Shown here in pieces: positions 1 to 8,872 of a stretch of DNA of 64,000 nt (positions within the stretch are counted from its first letter, which is position 1; every line of letters starts with the position of its first letter). The notes under the pieces were generated by a model. That model was not told the origin of the DNA. It did not search any database and was given only the letters and a program-made list of their open reading frames with translations. Source of the stretch: Nitrospinaceae bacterium UBA7883 (GTDB lineage Bacteria > Nitrospinota_A > UBA7883); the NCBI GenBank assembly GCA_002500605.1, contig DLRR01000021.1, forward strand, positions 47,866 through 111,865, in the 5' to 3' direction. A program made the translations under genes and the position numbers.

Positions 1-1286
1 CCTACCTTAAGTTTCCGCGTGAACATAATTTTCCATCTGCCGTTGTCATAAACAGATTTCACTGTTATGTTTTGTGAACTTTCATCCATCAATACAGCAT
101 TTGTTATGCCTTTTCCGAGAAGGGCATCTGCCCCATTACCATTGGTATTGTTGGTCCACTTCCAAAGGTTTACAGGTGCATCATCGTCGCCGTTTAAAAA
201 GTACGGTTTCTCCATTCCAGTAGGGATTATTGTTGGGAGTTGTATTGCAAATGAGTCAGGTTCATTTTCTGGAAACATTTCAATTGGAGTTTCAAGCGGA
301 CTCTGGCTAGGATCATCATATTCTACCAAAATACTAATATAGTCGTTATTATAAAATGACCTGACATAGATGGACTCGAGAGTTGTAGTAAACCATCGGT
401 TGCCTTCTACGATTTGGCTTACCAAAGGGATATATTCTAAAGGCAATTCATCCCACTTTTTATCAGTTGGCCTTTTTGGTAAACCACCTTCAACGTATCT
501 AGAAATAATCACTTCAGAAACCCTTGGTGGCTCTCGTTTTACAATGGAATTAACGAATCCTACAATCTTCCATATATCTTCTGGTTTCATAGTTTCTAGA
601 TGTGCTGGCATTGGTGTGCCAGTAATACCTGTGGCTATAGTGCGGAAAATATCTTTTGGTTCGTTCCCACCACGGTATACCCAGCCTCGCGTTAAGTTGC
701 GAGGCCAAATACGATCTCCTAAATCGTGTTTTAGCGCTACCGCGGTGGAACCAGACCCGAGTCCTGTCACACCATGGCATTTTACACAATTCTTTTTAAA
801 TAATTCATAACCCTGCTTGATATCTTCACCAGTCCATTCCTTTGGGACATCTACTATCTCTATAGGCTTAGGATATCTCTTCTTTTTCTCCGCTCGTGTG
901 AACTTTCTTGAAAGCGTTTTTATGTAAGCCACAACATCCCATATCTGGTCATCCGTTAAAGTATCCTCCCATCCTGGCATGGAAGTTCCTGGCAAACCAA
1001 CAGCAATAGCATTAAAAATGGTTGAGTCTTTAGGCAGTTTTCCATACATGGTGTAGGTAAATTTGTAGCGGGCAATCTTAAAGTTTCTCGGGCGTGGTCT
1101 CAGAAAGTTAGCAGCTGCACCATCCCCCTTTCCCCTTTCGCCGTGACAGCCGATACATAATTTCTCATAGATTGGCTTGCCGTTTTCTGCCTGCTCAGCT
1201 GTAAGCTTACTCTCGGCGAAAGAAGATGGCATTCCTATCAACATGGCCGCCAACACCACTATAGATTTCATTAGCATATATTTCAT
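1..1286 (-). CDS. Secreted diheme c-type cytochrome with C-terminal ethylbenzene dehydrogenase gamma-like (EB_dh/DOMON-like) heme domain; 3' end runs off the window
   Basis: Not in ORF track. Hand translation from ATG 1286 is open to base 1: signal peptide MKYMLMKSIVVLAAMLIG, CIGCH and CVKCH heme motifs, RPRNF and GTSMP/GTPMP axial-Met motifs, then KPYFLNGD and YDNGRWKIMFTRKL typical of EB_dh domains. Confidence 0.85.
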   Translation of the reverse strand, partial: MKYMLMKSIVVLAAMLIGMPSSFAESKLTAEQAENGKPIYEKLCIGCHGERGKGDGAAANFLRPRPRNFKIARYKFTYTMYGKLPKDSTIFNAIAVGLPGTSMPGWEDTLTDDQIWDVVAYIKTLSRKFTRAEKKKRYPKPIEIVDVPKEWTGEDIKQGYELFKKNCVKCHGVTGLGSGSTAVALKHDLGDRIWPRNLTRGWVYRGGNEPKDIFRTIATGITGTPMPAHLETMKPEDIWKIVGFVNSIVKREPPRVSEVIISRYVEGGLPKRPTDKKWDELPLEYIPLVSQIVEGNRWFTTTLESIYVRSFYNNDYISILVEYDDPSQSPLETPIEMFPENEPDSFAIQLPTIIPTGMEKPYFLNGDDDAPVNLWKWTNNTNGNGADALLGKGITNAVLMDESSQNITVKSVYDNGRWKIMFTRKLKV

Positions 1287-1291
1287 ATCTA

Positions 1292-2065
1292 TCATTTGTG
1301 ATCATCCATTACACGCGGTGCATGGCCAGTGTAATCGTAAAGGAACATGATCACTTTCCAAATTTCATTCTCGCTGAGATAGTTTTGCCAAACCGGCATT
1401 GGTGAAGCCCATGGTGCACCCTCATTTGGTAGGCCAGGCCCACCAGTGGCAATACGCCAGAACAGAAAGGACTCCTGCAGTTGAGCTATCGTTCCCACAT
1501 CAACAAAGTTGGCTGGAAGTGGATTATTAAAGCCAATTGCGTAATGGCCTTTCCCGGCTAGTTTGTCACCGTGACAGTAAAAACAGTTCTTATAATACAC
1601 GTCGCGCCCCTCTGTCACATAAGCTGCAAACTTATCAGGGTCGGTGTTTTCGGTTTCGCGGAATGGGTTTTTTAAGGTTTGCAGATTAAATGTTTTACCA
1701 AAAGCTTTTAATGAAGAGGGTGGCGCAGGGTGAACAGTGCGAAGCTCTACAGGCGCATCCATGGTTGGCTTTGTTATCCAATATGTGATAGCCATTCCAA
1801 TTATTGGAAGAGTAATAAAAACTATGTTTCGTAATAAAAGGTATTTTTTGTTGAATACCAAGGCAGTAAAAGGTTCGACCATCTCTCGAACCGATTCATC
1901 GTCAGCCGTCAAAGCTAACACTACGCCCACTATAATAAAAAACATGTACATTTTTATCACGCTTGCGGGTATAGGCTCCGACAGTAGATACGTAAACACG
2001 AACACAAAGCCCGCATATGCACCAGCTACCAAAAGAACGGCTAACAGGAGTCTGTTAATTTTCAC
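1292..2065 (-). CDS. Membrane-anchored monoheme c-type cytochrome
   Basis: Three N-terminal hydrophobic segments, CFYCH motif, SPMPVW axial Met; 2-bp gap to the upstream gene. Confidence 0.85.
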   Translation of the reverse strand: MKINRLLLAVLLVAGAYAGFVFVFTYLLSEPIPASVIKMYMFFIIVGVVLALTADDESVREMVEPFTALVFNKKYLLLRNIVFITLPIIGMAITYWITKPTMDAPVELRTVHPAPPSSLKAFGKTFNLQTLKNPFRETENTDPDKFAAYVTEGRDVYYKNCFYCHGDKLAGKGHYAIGFNNPLPANFVDVGTIAQLQESFLFWRIATGGPGLPNEGAPWASPMPVWQNYLSENEIWKVIMFLYDYTGHAPRVMDDHK

Positions 2066-2067
2066 GA

Positions 2068-2946
2068 CTAATTGCCCTTCCCTGCACCAATAATTGTTTG
2101 AACTGCCATCTCAAGCTCAGATACCCTCATTCGTTCAGAGAGATCATCAGGCATTATGTCCGACTCAAACCCCATGGCTATATGCTCGTTGGGTTTTAGT
2201 ATTGATGTACGTATGTAATCTTCCAACGAGTAACCGGCCGGCAACTTGCCCTTATACTGCTCAGCCATATTGACTAGGCTTGGCCCCATATCGGGTTCTT
2301 CACCTTCCATGTCTACGTTTGGCACCACATGGCAAACTTTACATTCATATTTTTCAACCAACTGCGAAAAATCTTTTACTGGACCTGGGTCCTCAGTTTC
2401 ATCCTCTTCGTCCACATCTATCTCACCAATGGGCAAAGATACTGTAATGTCAATACCTGCAGCCTGTTGCAAATACGCTATGACTGCATTTATCTCAACT
2501 TCTGACAGATTTATTGATCCGGCTGAAACATCAGGCATAGGGCTTATAGTATCGCCTGATCCTGTTTTGCCAAACCCGACCACAACAAATGCAGAAGGTT
2601 TAATCATGGACTCTCTCAAGTATTCTTCTGCCGACTCTGCGTCACCTTTGTAACGCAAATCTTGCAGACGATCAGTTGATCTTACAGCCACAGGTTGTCC
2701 ATCGTCACTTGTCTCAATAAGAAGTGGTGCCCGGTGTCCAACAGCGTTATGGCAAAGCGGACAAGTCCCCTTACCTTCATATATTTTTTCCCCCAGTGCT
2801 GCATAACCTTCCAACGTCATCCCTTCAAGGGAAATTTCTTCCTCTGAGGGTGGCTGTGATTGCATCTGTGGAATACTGTTGGAAAACCACGTATATCCAT
2901 AAATCACCATTAAACTGAAGGCTAAAATTTGAAGCAATGTTTTCAT
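2068..2946 (-). CDS. Membrane-anchored diheme c-type cytochrome
   Basis: N-terminal hydrophobic helix, CPLCH and CKVCH motifs, SPMP and DIMP Met motifs; ATG overlaps the upstream stop. Confidence 0.85.
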   Translation of the reverse strand: MKTLLQILAFSLMVIYGYTWFSNSIPQMQSQPPSEEEISLEGMTLEGYAALGEKIYEGKGTCPLCHNAVGHRAPLLIETSDDGQPVAVRSTDRLQDLRYKGDAESAEEYLRESMIKPSAFVVVGFGKTGSGDTISPMPDVSAGSINLSEVEINAVIAYLQQAAGIDITVSLPIGEIDVDEEDETEDPGPVKDFSQLVEKYECKVCHVVPNVDMEGEEPDMGPSLVNMAEQYKGKLPAGYSLEDYIRTSILKPNEHIAMGFESDIMPDDLSERMRVSELEMAVQTIIGAGKGN

Positions 2947-4754
2947 TTGTCAGCTATTTTCCTTTTACTAAAGTCATCTAGCCAAAAAATGAACATAACC
3001 ATTGCCATGAATATCAACGTAGTCAAAGAAACTATTTTGGCTGCATAGCCAAGTGTTGGCGTAAATGCATCTGCTGAATAATCGCGAAAAACAGTGTAAA
3101 CATGCCAATGTTGTCTTATGCCAGAGCGAACGTAACCCATTAGACCCATCAGCCAAGTAAATGATATGGCAAGCAGAAACAGGGCGTATTGGGAACGAAT
3201 AGGCATTGCGCCCCATTTAGTCGGACCAATGGCCTTTGAGCCGCGGTAAATAAACGCATTTATCACGCTTGCTACAATAATAACCAGCAAAGTTGTGGAA
3301 ACCTGCGGAACCGAAAGGCCTATTCTGATGTTAGCCGGAATGTAATAGCCGTATACTCCTAGAATTATAATGTTTAAAGCACCTGCCACAAACATGGCGG
3401 TTATTGCCGCATTGCCTACATCCATCCATGTGACTGTTGGGATCTTCCCTGCCCGTTGATACAACATAAAGGCAAGGAAGGTGGTAAGTATCATTAGATT
3501 TACTGCAGTATTTTTTGCCGACATAACACCAAGCACGCCTAGAACTGGGTGATGGGCACCTCCAAGGGCTTTAATTTCTGACCCGGTCATAACAATCGTA
3601 TGCGGGGTAAACCATACAAGAAAACATGCTACCAACACGAAGGCCATATATTTAATAGCCTTTCGATACTTTTCACCCCCCGTTGCTCTACCCAAGCCAA
3701 TCCAAAGATAGTAATTTGCTCCAAGAAATAGGGCGCCGATGAGTAATGCCTGTATTATGAATAGCCACGCAAAAATCCCACCCATAAGCGTAATACCCAT
3801 CTGTTGACTATATGCGTACATCTCTTTGGTTAACCAATACCCTGCAAAAGGCAACGGTAAAAGCCCCACGATGGCAATGAAATTAGCTGTATAGCCCATC
3901 CAGTCATAGTGGGCCCTGTAATCGCTGGTTTTTGCAGTGAGAAACTTGTATGCGGCATATGCCCCCACTATCGAACCACCGTATGCAATGTTTGCTATAA
4001 AACGATGCAGGTTAACAGGATTCCAGAGTGGCCCTTTTATAACATCCCACACGTTCCCCAAAAACAACCCATCCGGGCTTACCCCAGAAGGCGCCATCAT
4101 AAATGTCGCCCAGGAATTTGAAAGAACCATCAACGTCATTCCTGCCACATTGAGCATAAGGCCAACAGTCAGGTGTGTCCATTTGCCTAATCCATCAGAT
4201 AAGGCCTCCCAGCCATAATAGTAAATATATAAACAAAGGCTTTCAGCAAAGAACATCAAAGCATATACAAACATCACTGGTTTAAATATCTTGAGCGAAT
4301 ACATTGTAAAATCGGGGTATAGTATTATGAGTAGAAATAGAAGGATCCCCCCCAGTGTTGCAGTAAACGAAAAGGCAACCATGCTTATCTTTATAAACTC
4401 ACGTGCCATATTATCGTAGCGCTTGTCGCCTGTTAAAACGCCTATTAGTTCTATAACTAGTACGAATATTGGAACACCAAGAACAAAGGCAGCAAAAAAC
4501 AGGTGCAGCTGAGCTACAATCCAGACAGCTACTCGACTTGAAAACCCAAATAACAGTGGATATGAATCTTCTGACAGTTTTGGTGCTGAAGCATAGAGTT
4601 CACTTTGGCTCGTTTCACTGGAAGATTGTGTTGAAGGCTGTACCTCTGTCGAAGCGGAAGTTAGTTCAGAAAAAGAAAGAATAATTACAAATACAAATAG
4701 GGCAAGTGCAGCAACATACGGTAGCCGATTAGCTGTCTCTTTTAGGTGCCTCAT
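2943..4754 (-). CDS. Cytochrome bd-like oxidase subunit I (CydA-like, Nitrospira/Nitrospina type)
   Basis: Polytopic membrane protein with AQLHLFFAAFVLG, NLHRFIAN and MGYVRSGIRQHWHVY motifs. Start moved from 4823 to ATG 4754, which overlaps the stop of the upstream small ORF (ATGA). Confidence 0.8.
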   Translation of the reverse strand: MRHLKETANRLPYVAALALFVFVIILSFSELTSASTEVQPSTQSSSETSQSELYASAPKLSEDSYPLLFGFSSRVAVWIVAQLHLFFAAFVLGVPIFVLVIELIGVLTGDKRYDNMAREFIKISMVAFSFTATLGGILLFLLIILYPDFTMYSLKIFKPVMFVYALMFFAESLCLYIYYYGWEALSDGLGKWTHLTVGLMLNVAGMTLMVLSNSWATFMMAPSGVSPDGLFLGNVWDVIKGPLWNPVNLHRFIANIAYGGSIVGAYAAYKFLTAKTSDYRAHYDWMGYTANFIAIVGLLPLPFAGYWLTKEMYAYSQQMGITLMGGIFAWLFIIQALLIGALFLGANYYLWIGLGRATGGEKYRKAIKYMAFVLVACFLVWFTPHTIVMTGSEIKALGGAHHPVLGVLGVMSAKNTAVNLMILTTFLAFMLYQRAGKIPTVTWMDVGNAAITAMFVAGALNIIILGVYGYYIPANIRIGLSVPQVSTTLLVIIVASVINAFIYRGSKAIGPTKWGAMPIRSQYALFLLAISFTWLMGLMGYVRSGIRQHWHVYTVFRDYSADAFTPTLGYAAKIVSLTTLIFMAMVMFIFWLDDFSKRKIADK

Positions 4755-4864
4755 GGTATCAGCGGTAGCCCTTGGACTTTCATAAGAAAAAAGTTGATAG
4801 AGTACAGCAATGCAGAAAAACATAAGAAAAAGGCAGCAAAGAAGCCTATCAATTTCCCATTCAT
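4751..4864 (-). CDS. Small single-pass membrane protein, 37 aa (MNGKLIGFFAAFFLCFSALLYSINFFLMKVQGLPLIP)
   Basis: Hand translated; G-rich RBS (ggtggggg) upstream; stop overlaps the CydA-like ATG; one hydrophobic helix. Confidence 0.65.
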   Translation of the reverse strand: MNGKLIGFFAAFFLCFSALLYSINFFLMKVQGLPLIP

Positions 4865-4932
4865 CAAGTACGCCCCCACCAATTTTATTACATTAAGTTA
4901 CTTGAATATTACTTAAAACTACTCAGGCTACT

Positions 4933-5013
4933 TTAGAATAAAAGCCAACCAAAATAAACCAACGAGAGAACAAACGCTCCAATGAATAACGCTGGACCCA
5001 TTTTATCTGACAT
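4933..5013 (-). CDS. Small membrane peptide, 26 aa (MSDKMGPALFIGAFVLSLVYFGWLLF)
   Basis: Hand translated; gaggg RBS-like motif upstream; almost entirely one hydrophobic helix; same strand as the bd-like operon. Confidence 0.55.
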   Translation of the reverse strand: MSDKMGPALFIGAFVLSLVYFGWLLF

Positions 5014-5072
5014 TTAATATTAACCCTCAATAATTCTTGATGATGTAAAGCAAATACTGTTCCTCAGACTTT

Positions 5073-5270
5073 AAAAATATCTATTTTTTTACATGTTTGA
5101 CTGACGAACCGCCAATTACCGATTTCAAATAGAAAAGTTTTCATATTGTTCCACAATAGAATAGTAAATGATAAAAAATATCTATTTTTTTACACGTTTA
5201 ACTGACGAACCGCTAATTGCTGATTCCAAACTGAACAGTTTTCATATTGTTCCACACTAGAATAGTAAAT
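5073..5270. repeat. Tandem direct repeat, two 97-bp copies with 101-bp period
   Basis: 5073-5169 vs 5174-5270, ungapped, 10 mismatches by manual count; lies in a divergent promoter region. Confidence 0.9.
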
Positions 5271-5383
5271 AATTTTGCAGGATGGTTAGAAACTGTCCAG
5301 CAAGAATCCTATTCTGGATATTTTGTTTTTCACTCCACACAGTAGTTGCACTAATCTTGATATCTGGAATAAACCAAGTTCTG

Positions 5384-5399
5384 GGGCATGGTAATTGCT
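5384..5399 (+). promoter_or_regulatory. Candidate sigma54 (-24/-12) promoter
   Basis: GGGCATGGTAATTGCT has exact GG-N10-GC spacing and TTGC but G instead of T at -26; about 170 bp upstream of ATG 5570. Confidence 0.4.
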
Positions 5400-5569
5400 G
5401 ATAGTAATGGAAGAGTTGTCTTTTTACTAGCGGTGAATAATTTTGTAATTACTCATCAACTAAAAAACAGCATTTGTTTTTACTACGTTGTAACGAGAAT
5501 TTTAGGTGTCGTTTTCCAGATAATTGGAATGTGGCATCTACAATTAAATTTTGTAAGGGAGAAGAAGGT

Positions 5570-6316
5570 ATGATTTCGCGAACAGCCTTGGTTGCAACTA
5601 TGGTGGCAACTTTGTTCTATTTATCTAGTGCGATTGCATATACAAAACAGGATGTGCCCAATGGTGGAGCCCTGTCTGGTAAAATAAGCTTCAATGGCAA
5701 AGTTCCAGATTCAATGAAAATTTCAATTGAAAAAAATCCTGAGGTTTGCGGCACTGGTGTCCGGGAAATCAAAGAAGTTACTGTTGATGGTAACGGAGGG
5801 CTGGAAAGTGCAGTTGTGTTTTTCAAGAAAGTTTCAGCGGGTAAACCATGGAACGTCCCAAATGGTGGTTGGCAACTTAACCAAAAAACTTGCACTTTTC
5901 TGCCCTGGGTTCAAGTTATTGAGGACAAAAGCGAATTAGAGGTGGTGAACCATGACCCGGTTTTACACAATATTCACACGTACGAACTTATACCTGCTGG
6001 CAAACGGGTCGTCAGAGTAACCATGTTTAATGAAGCACAGCCCACCCAGGGTTTTACTTTTAAGAAAAAGGTTAGGATGCGACGAGGTAACACTATAAAA
6101 GTAGAATGTGATGCTCATAATTTCATGCATGCCTACATGCTAGCTCTAAAGAATCCTTATTATGCCATCACATCCGCTGATGGAACTTATTCCATAGATA
6201 AGATTCCAGCCGGTAAGTACTCGGTTATAGTTTGGCACTCAAAACTTGGCGTGATCTCCAAAAAAATTGAAATTGGAAGTGGCGGTAAAGCTACCTTAAA
6301 CCATGAATACAAATAA
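5570..6316 (+). CDS. Secreted protein with carboxypeptidase-regulatory-like and cupredoxin-like domains; putative type-1 copper protein
   Basis: Signal peptide; HNIH plus CDAHNFM (C-x2-H-x2-M); C-terminal DGTYSIDKIPAGKY beta-sandwich motif. Start moved from 5474 to ATG 5570 (purine-rich RBS). Confidence 0.7.
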   Translation: MISRTALVATMVATLFYLSSAIAYTKQDVPNGGALSGKISFNGKVPDSMKISIEKNPEVCGTGVREIKEVTVDGNGGLESAVVFFKKVSAGKPWNVPNGGWQLNQKTCTFLPWVQVIEDKSELEVVNHDPVLHNIHTYELIPAGKRVVRVTMFNEAQPTQGFTFKKKVRMRRGNTIKVECDAHNFMHAYMLALKNPYYAITSADGTYSIDKIPAGKYSVIVWHSKLGVISKKIEIGSGGKATLNHEYK

Positions 6317-6402
6317 GTGGCTCACTAGCTGTTGTTAAACAGCCACGCCACGCTGATAGGAGCCCAATCTATCCCTCCCCCGATAGATTGGGTTTCGATC
6401 AT

Positions 6403-6438
6403 AACTGGACAGGATTGCTATCCTGTCCAGTTTTTTTT
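6403..6438 (+). terminator. Intrinsic terminator
   Basis: Perfect 12-bp stem aactggacagga/tcctgtccagtt with 6-nt loop, followed by a T run. Confidence 0.8.
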
Positions 6439-6637
6439 AACCGAGGGAGTACCAAAGTAGAAGCAAAACAACGGCAAGATTTATTGCCACACCTATGTGA
6501 AACCAAATATCGATCAACGAAAAGTTTCTGTTTCTCCACTTCCCTTTACCCATATAAAAGCCCCGTATGTTGATATATAATAGTTGTTACTGGTATTGTA
6601 AACTGAGCACGATAGCACTATCCTCATTATCTAACCA

Positions 6638-7360
6638 ATGAATCACTATAACAACAACAAAGACGAGACTCCGGGGTTAGCCCAAACACCACCTAAATGG
6701 CTCAAATGGTTTTTAATTCTCAATATCGTTTCCCTAGCAGGTTTAATGATGTGGGAACTGGGCTCTGCTGTGTATAAAAGTACGGACGAGATTACAGTTG
6801 AACTTCAAAAGAAAGCCGCACAAGTGGAACTAGCTACTTCACAAAATCCCAGCTCAAAGGATCTTGGTGCTGAACTTAGCGAAGAGATAGAGTATGTAAT
6901 CGATGCCACAAGTCCAAACAAATGGGTGCATTTCAACTTTTCCAATAGTTCGTGGTTCCAAAGTAGCTCAATTTCCAAAGAGCAGTTAAATTGGGATATA
7001 GCTATACGTAGGGCCAAGATAGTCACCAATAGTGGGATGACCTCACCAAAAGGGAAAGTGCTGGTGGCATCAGTAAACGCAACATCATTAAGCCAGGTTA
7101 GCAGGGCCCCAAAAAACGGATACGAGGCCGATATTATACCCGATGGAAGCATCGAAACTTCTAGCCCTATACTCGACAAGTGGTACAGATACGATTTCTG
7201 GACTCATAAGTTAAAACCAAAAAAGTTGGTTTATATTGTTAAAACATGGAACGAACGTTTGGCTAAGTTTATAATCGTCAGTTATTACTGTGAATCGGCT
7301 CCTGCCTGTTTCACCATAAGGTTTCAATATCAAGGCAACCTTAGCAACAGTCTAAACTAG
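6638..7360 (+). CDS. HmuY-family heme-binding protein with N-terminal membrane anchor
   Basis: WDIAIRRAKIVTNSG motif, YDFWTHKLKP and VYIVKT...AKFIIVSYYC C-terminal pattern; hydrophobic helix near the N-terminus. Confidence 0.7.
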   Translation: MNHYNNNKDETPGLAQTPPKWLKWFLILNIVSLAGLMMWELGSAVYKSTDEITVELQKKAAQVELATSQNPSSKDLGAELSEEIEYVIDATSPNKWVHFNFSNSSWFQSSSISKEQLNWDIAIRRAKIVTNSGMTSPKGKVLVASVNATSLSQVSRAPKNGYEADIIPDGSIETSSPILDKWYRYDFWTHKLKPKKLVYIVKTWNERLAKFIIVSYYCESAPACFTIRFQYQGNLSNSLN

Positions 7361-7554
7361 CGCACACTTGCTGGATACAATCTTTCCAGCATGGTAAGTT
7401 CATTGCCAGCCCGGAATTTCCAATTATCGTATTTCTTTGTTGATGACATGCAATGAAAGAAATGGGCACCAACAAGGGTTATCACCACTATAACCAGTGC
7501 TGTTTTAACTGCTGCCAAAAAACGTCCTTGTATTCCACGACCGAATAAAACCAG

Positions 7555-7571
7555 TTGGCATAATATTTGCG
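7555..7571 (+). promoter_or_regulatory. Sigma54 (-24/-12) promoter of the peroxidase/molybdoenzyme operon
   Basis: TTGGCATAATATTTGCG matches TGGCA-N6-TTGC with exact GG-N10-GC spacing, about 170 bp upstream of ATG 7740. Confidence 0.75.
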
Positions 7572-7739
7572 AATTGTATTCGCTGAATGAAAGTTATGTT
7601 TGGTTTGTAGGTTAGAAGTTAAACCATTTAAGCCTTGTATAGGGCTCTGTTTCTCCTCTTAAACCTAATTTTAACTTTTGAAATGTGGGGGCTGTTCTAA
7701 AGTCGCTACCCTTATTAAATGGCGCAGGGAGTTCGATTT

Positions 7740-8858
7740 ATGAAATTTTTTACTAACAAAATTTATAATTACTCAACTATTTTGATGGTGCTTGTAGTTG
7801 CAGTTCTATTCACCTCTGTACAGTCACAAGCATCTGACATCGGCCCCTTGCCGAAATTAAAAATTGACGCCGTCAAAGCAAAACTTGGTAAAGCGTTATT
7901 TTTCGACCCACGACTTTCCGGGGATTCGGCAATTAGTTGCGGCACTTGCCATGACCCAAAAGAGGGTTGGACAAAACATGTCGCGGTGGGTGATGCATAT
8001 CCCGGGAGTAAACATTTTAGAAATGCACCAACGATACTTAACACAGCTTACAAAAAAACTCTTGGCATTCCTTGGCATTGGGATGGTCGAATTGGAACTT
8101 CGTTAAATGACATGACTCGCGACCAAATCACAGACACATATGTGATGAATATGGACATGCGGATCATGCAGGAGCGCCTAAAGCAGGTGCCTATGTACGT
8201 GAAGTTATTCAAACAAGCTTATGGAAAAGAGCCATCCAACGGGTTAGTACGAAAGGCAATTCCAGAATTTTTAAAAACTGTTGTCTCAAAAAATGTGCCT
8301 TTTGATAAAGGCACACTTTCACCCGAACAAAAACAAGGCATGGAGCTTTTCAAAGGAAAGGCCGGATGTATAAGTTGCCATAATGGTCCTATGTTCTCAG
8401 ATGGGTTACCACATAACACTGGCGTCCCTGAGAACGCGGATATTTTTAAAAATCCACAGCGTCATGTCACATACCTTACCTTCATGTATGGTCTTGGAGT
8501 CCAGAATAGGCTTAACTGGCGACGTGATGTTGGCTATTTTACTGTTAGCCATAATGAAAATGACCTTGGCAAGTTCATCACGCCAACCCTGAGAGAACTC
8601 AAATATACAGCACCATACATGCACAATGGCATGATAGGGACCTTAGAAGATGTAATTGAGTTCTACAACAAGGGTGGTGGAAAAGACCGACCAGGGCTAA
8701 AGGACTCAGCGATGAAGCCTTTAAAACTTACGAAGTCGGAAAAAAAGGCATTAAAAACGTTCTTACTTTCCTTGTCTGGTGATAACCCATCGATTGATGT
8801 TGGCAAGCCAGACCTTTCTTATCCTGTAATCGCTAACTGGTATAAAACCAAGAATTAA
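7740..8858 (+). CDS. Diheme cytochrome c peroxidase/MauG-family protein (IdrP-like, first copy)
   Basis: Signal peptide, LFFDPRLSGD..SCGTCH, RNAPT, CISCHNGP, TAPYMHNG. Start moved to ATG 7740 (agggag RBS). Confidence 0.9.
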   Translation: MKFFTNKIYNYSTILMVLVVAVLFTSVQSQASDIGPLPKLKIDAVKAKLGKALFFDPRLSGDSAISCGTCHDPKEGWTKHVAVGDAYPGSKHFRNAPTILNTAYKKTLGIPWHWDGRIGTSLNDMTRDQITDTYVMNMDMRIMQERLKQVPMYVKLFKQAYGKEPSNGLVRKAIPEFLKTVVSKNVPFDKGTLSPEQKQGMELFKGKAGCISCHNGPMFSDGLPHNTGVPENADIFKNPQRHVTYLTFMYGLGVQNRLNWRRDVGYFTVSHNENDLGKFITPTLRELKYTAPYMHNGMIGTLEDVIEFYNKGGGKDRPGLKDSAMKPLKLTKSEKKALKTFLLSLSGDNPSIDVGKPDLSYPVIANWYKTKN

Positions 8859-8872
8859 GTAAAGGAGGAAAT

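Noticed and set aside
5073-5270. Repeat as CRISPR array or iterons; tgttccaca as DnaA box or parS half-site
   Set aside because: Only two adjacent long copies with no spacers or cas genes; the motif mismatches the DnaA box and is only half of parS.
6473-6488. ggcaagatttattgcc palindrome as a sigma54 promoter
   Set aside because: GG-to-GC spacing is 11 on both strands; a 5-bp palindrome alone is weak evidence.
6317-6637. Cobalamin or Moco riboswitch ahead of the HmuY-like gene
   Set aside because: I could not find the conserved cores; only hairpins are supported.
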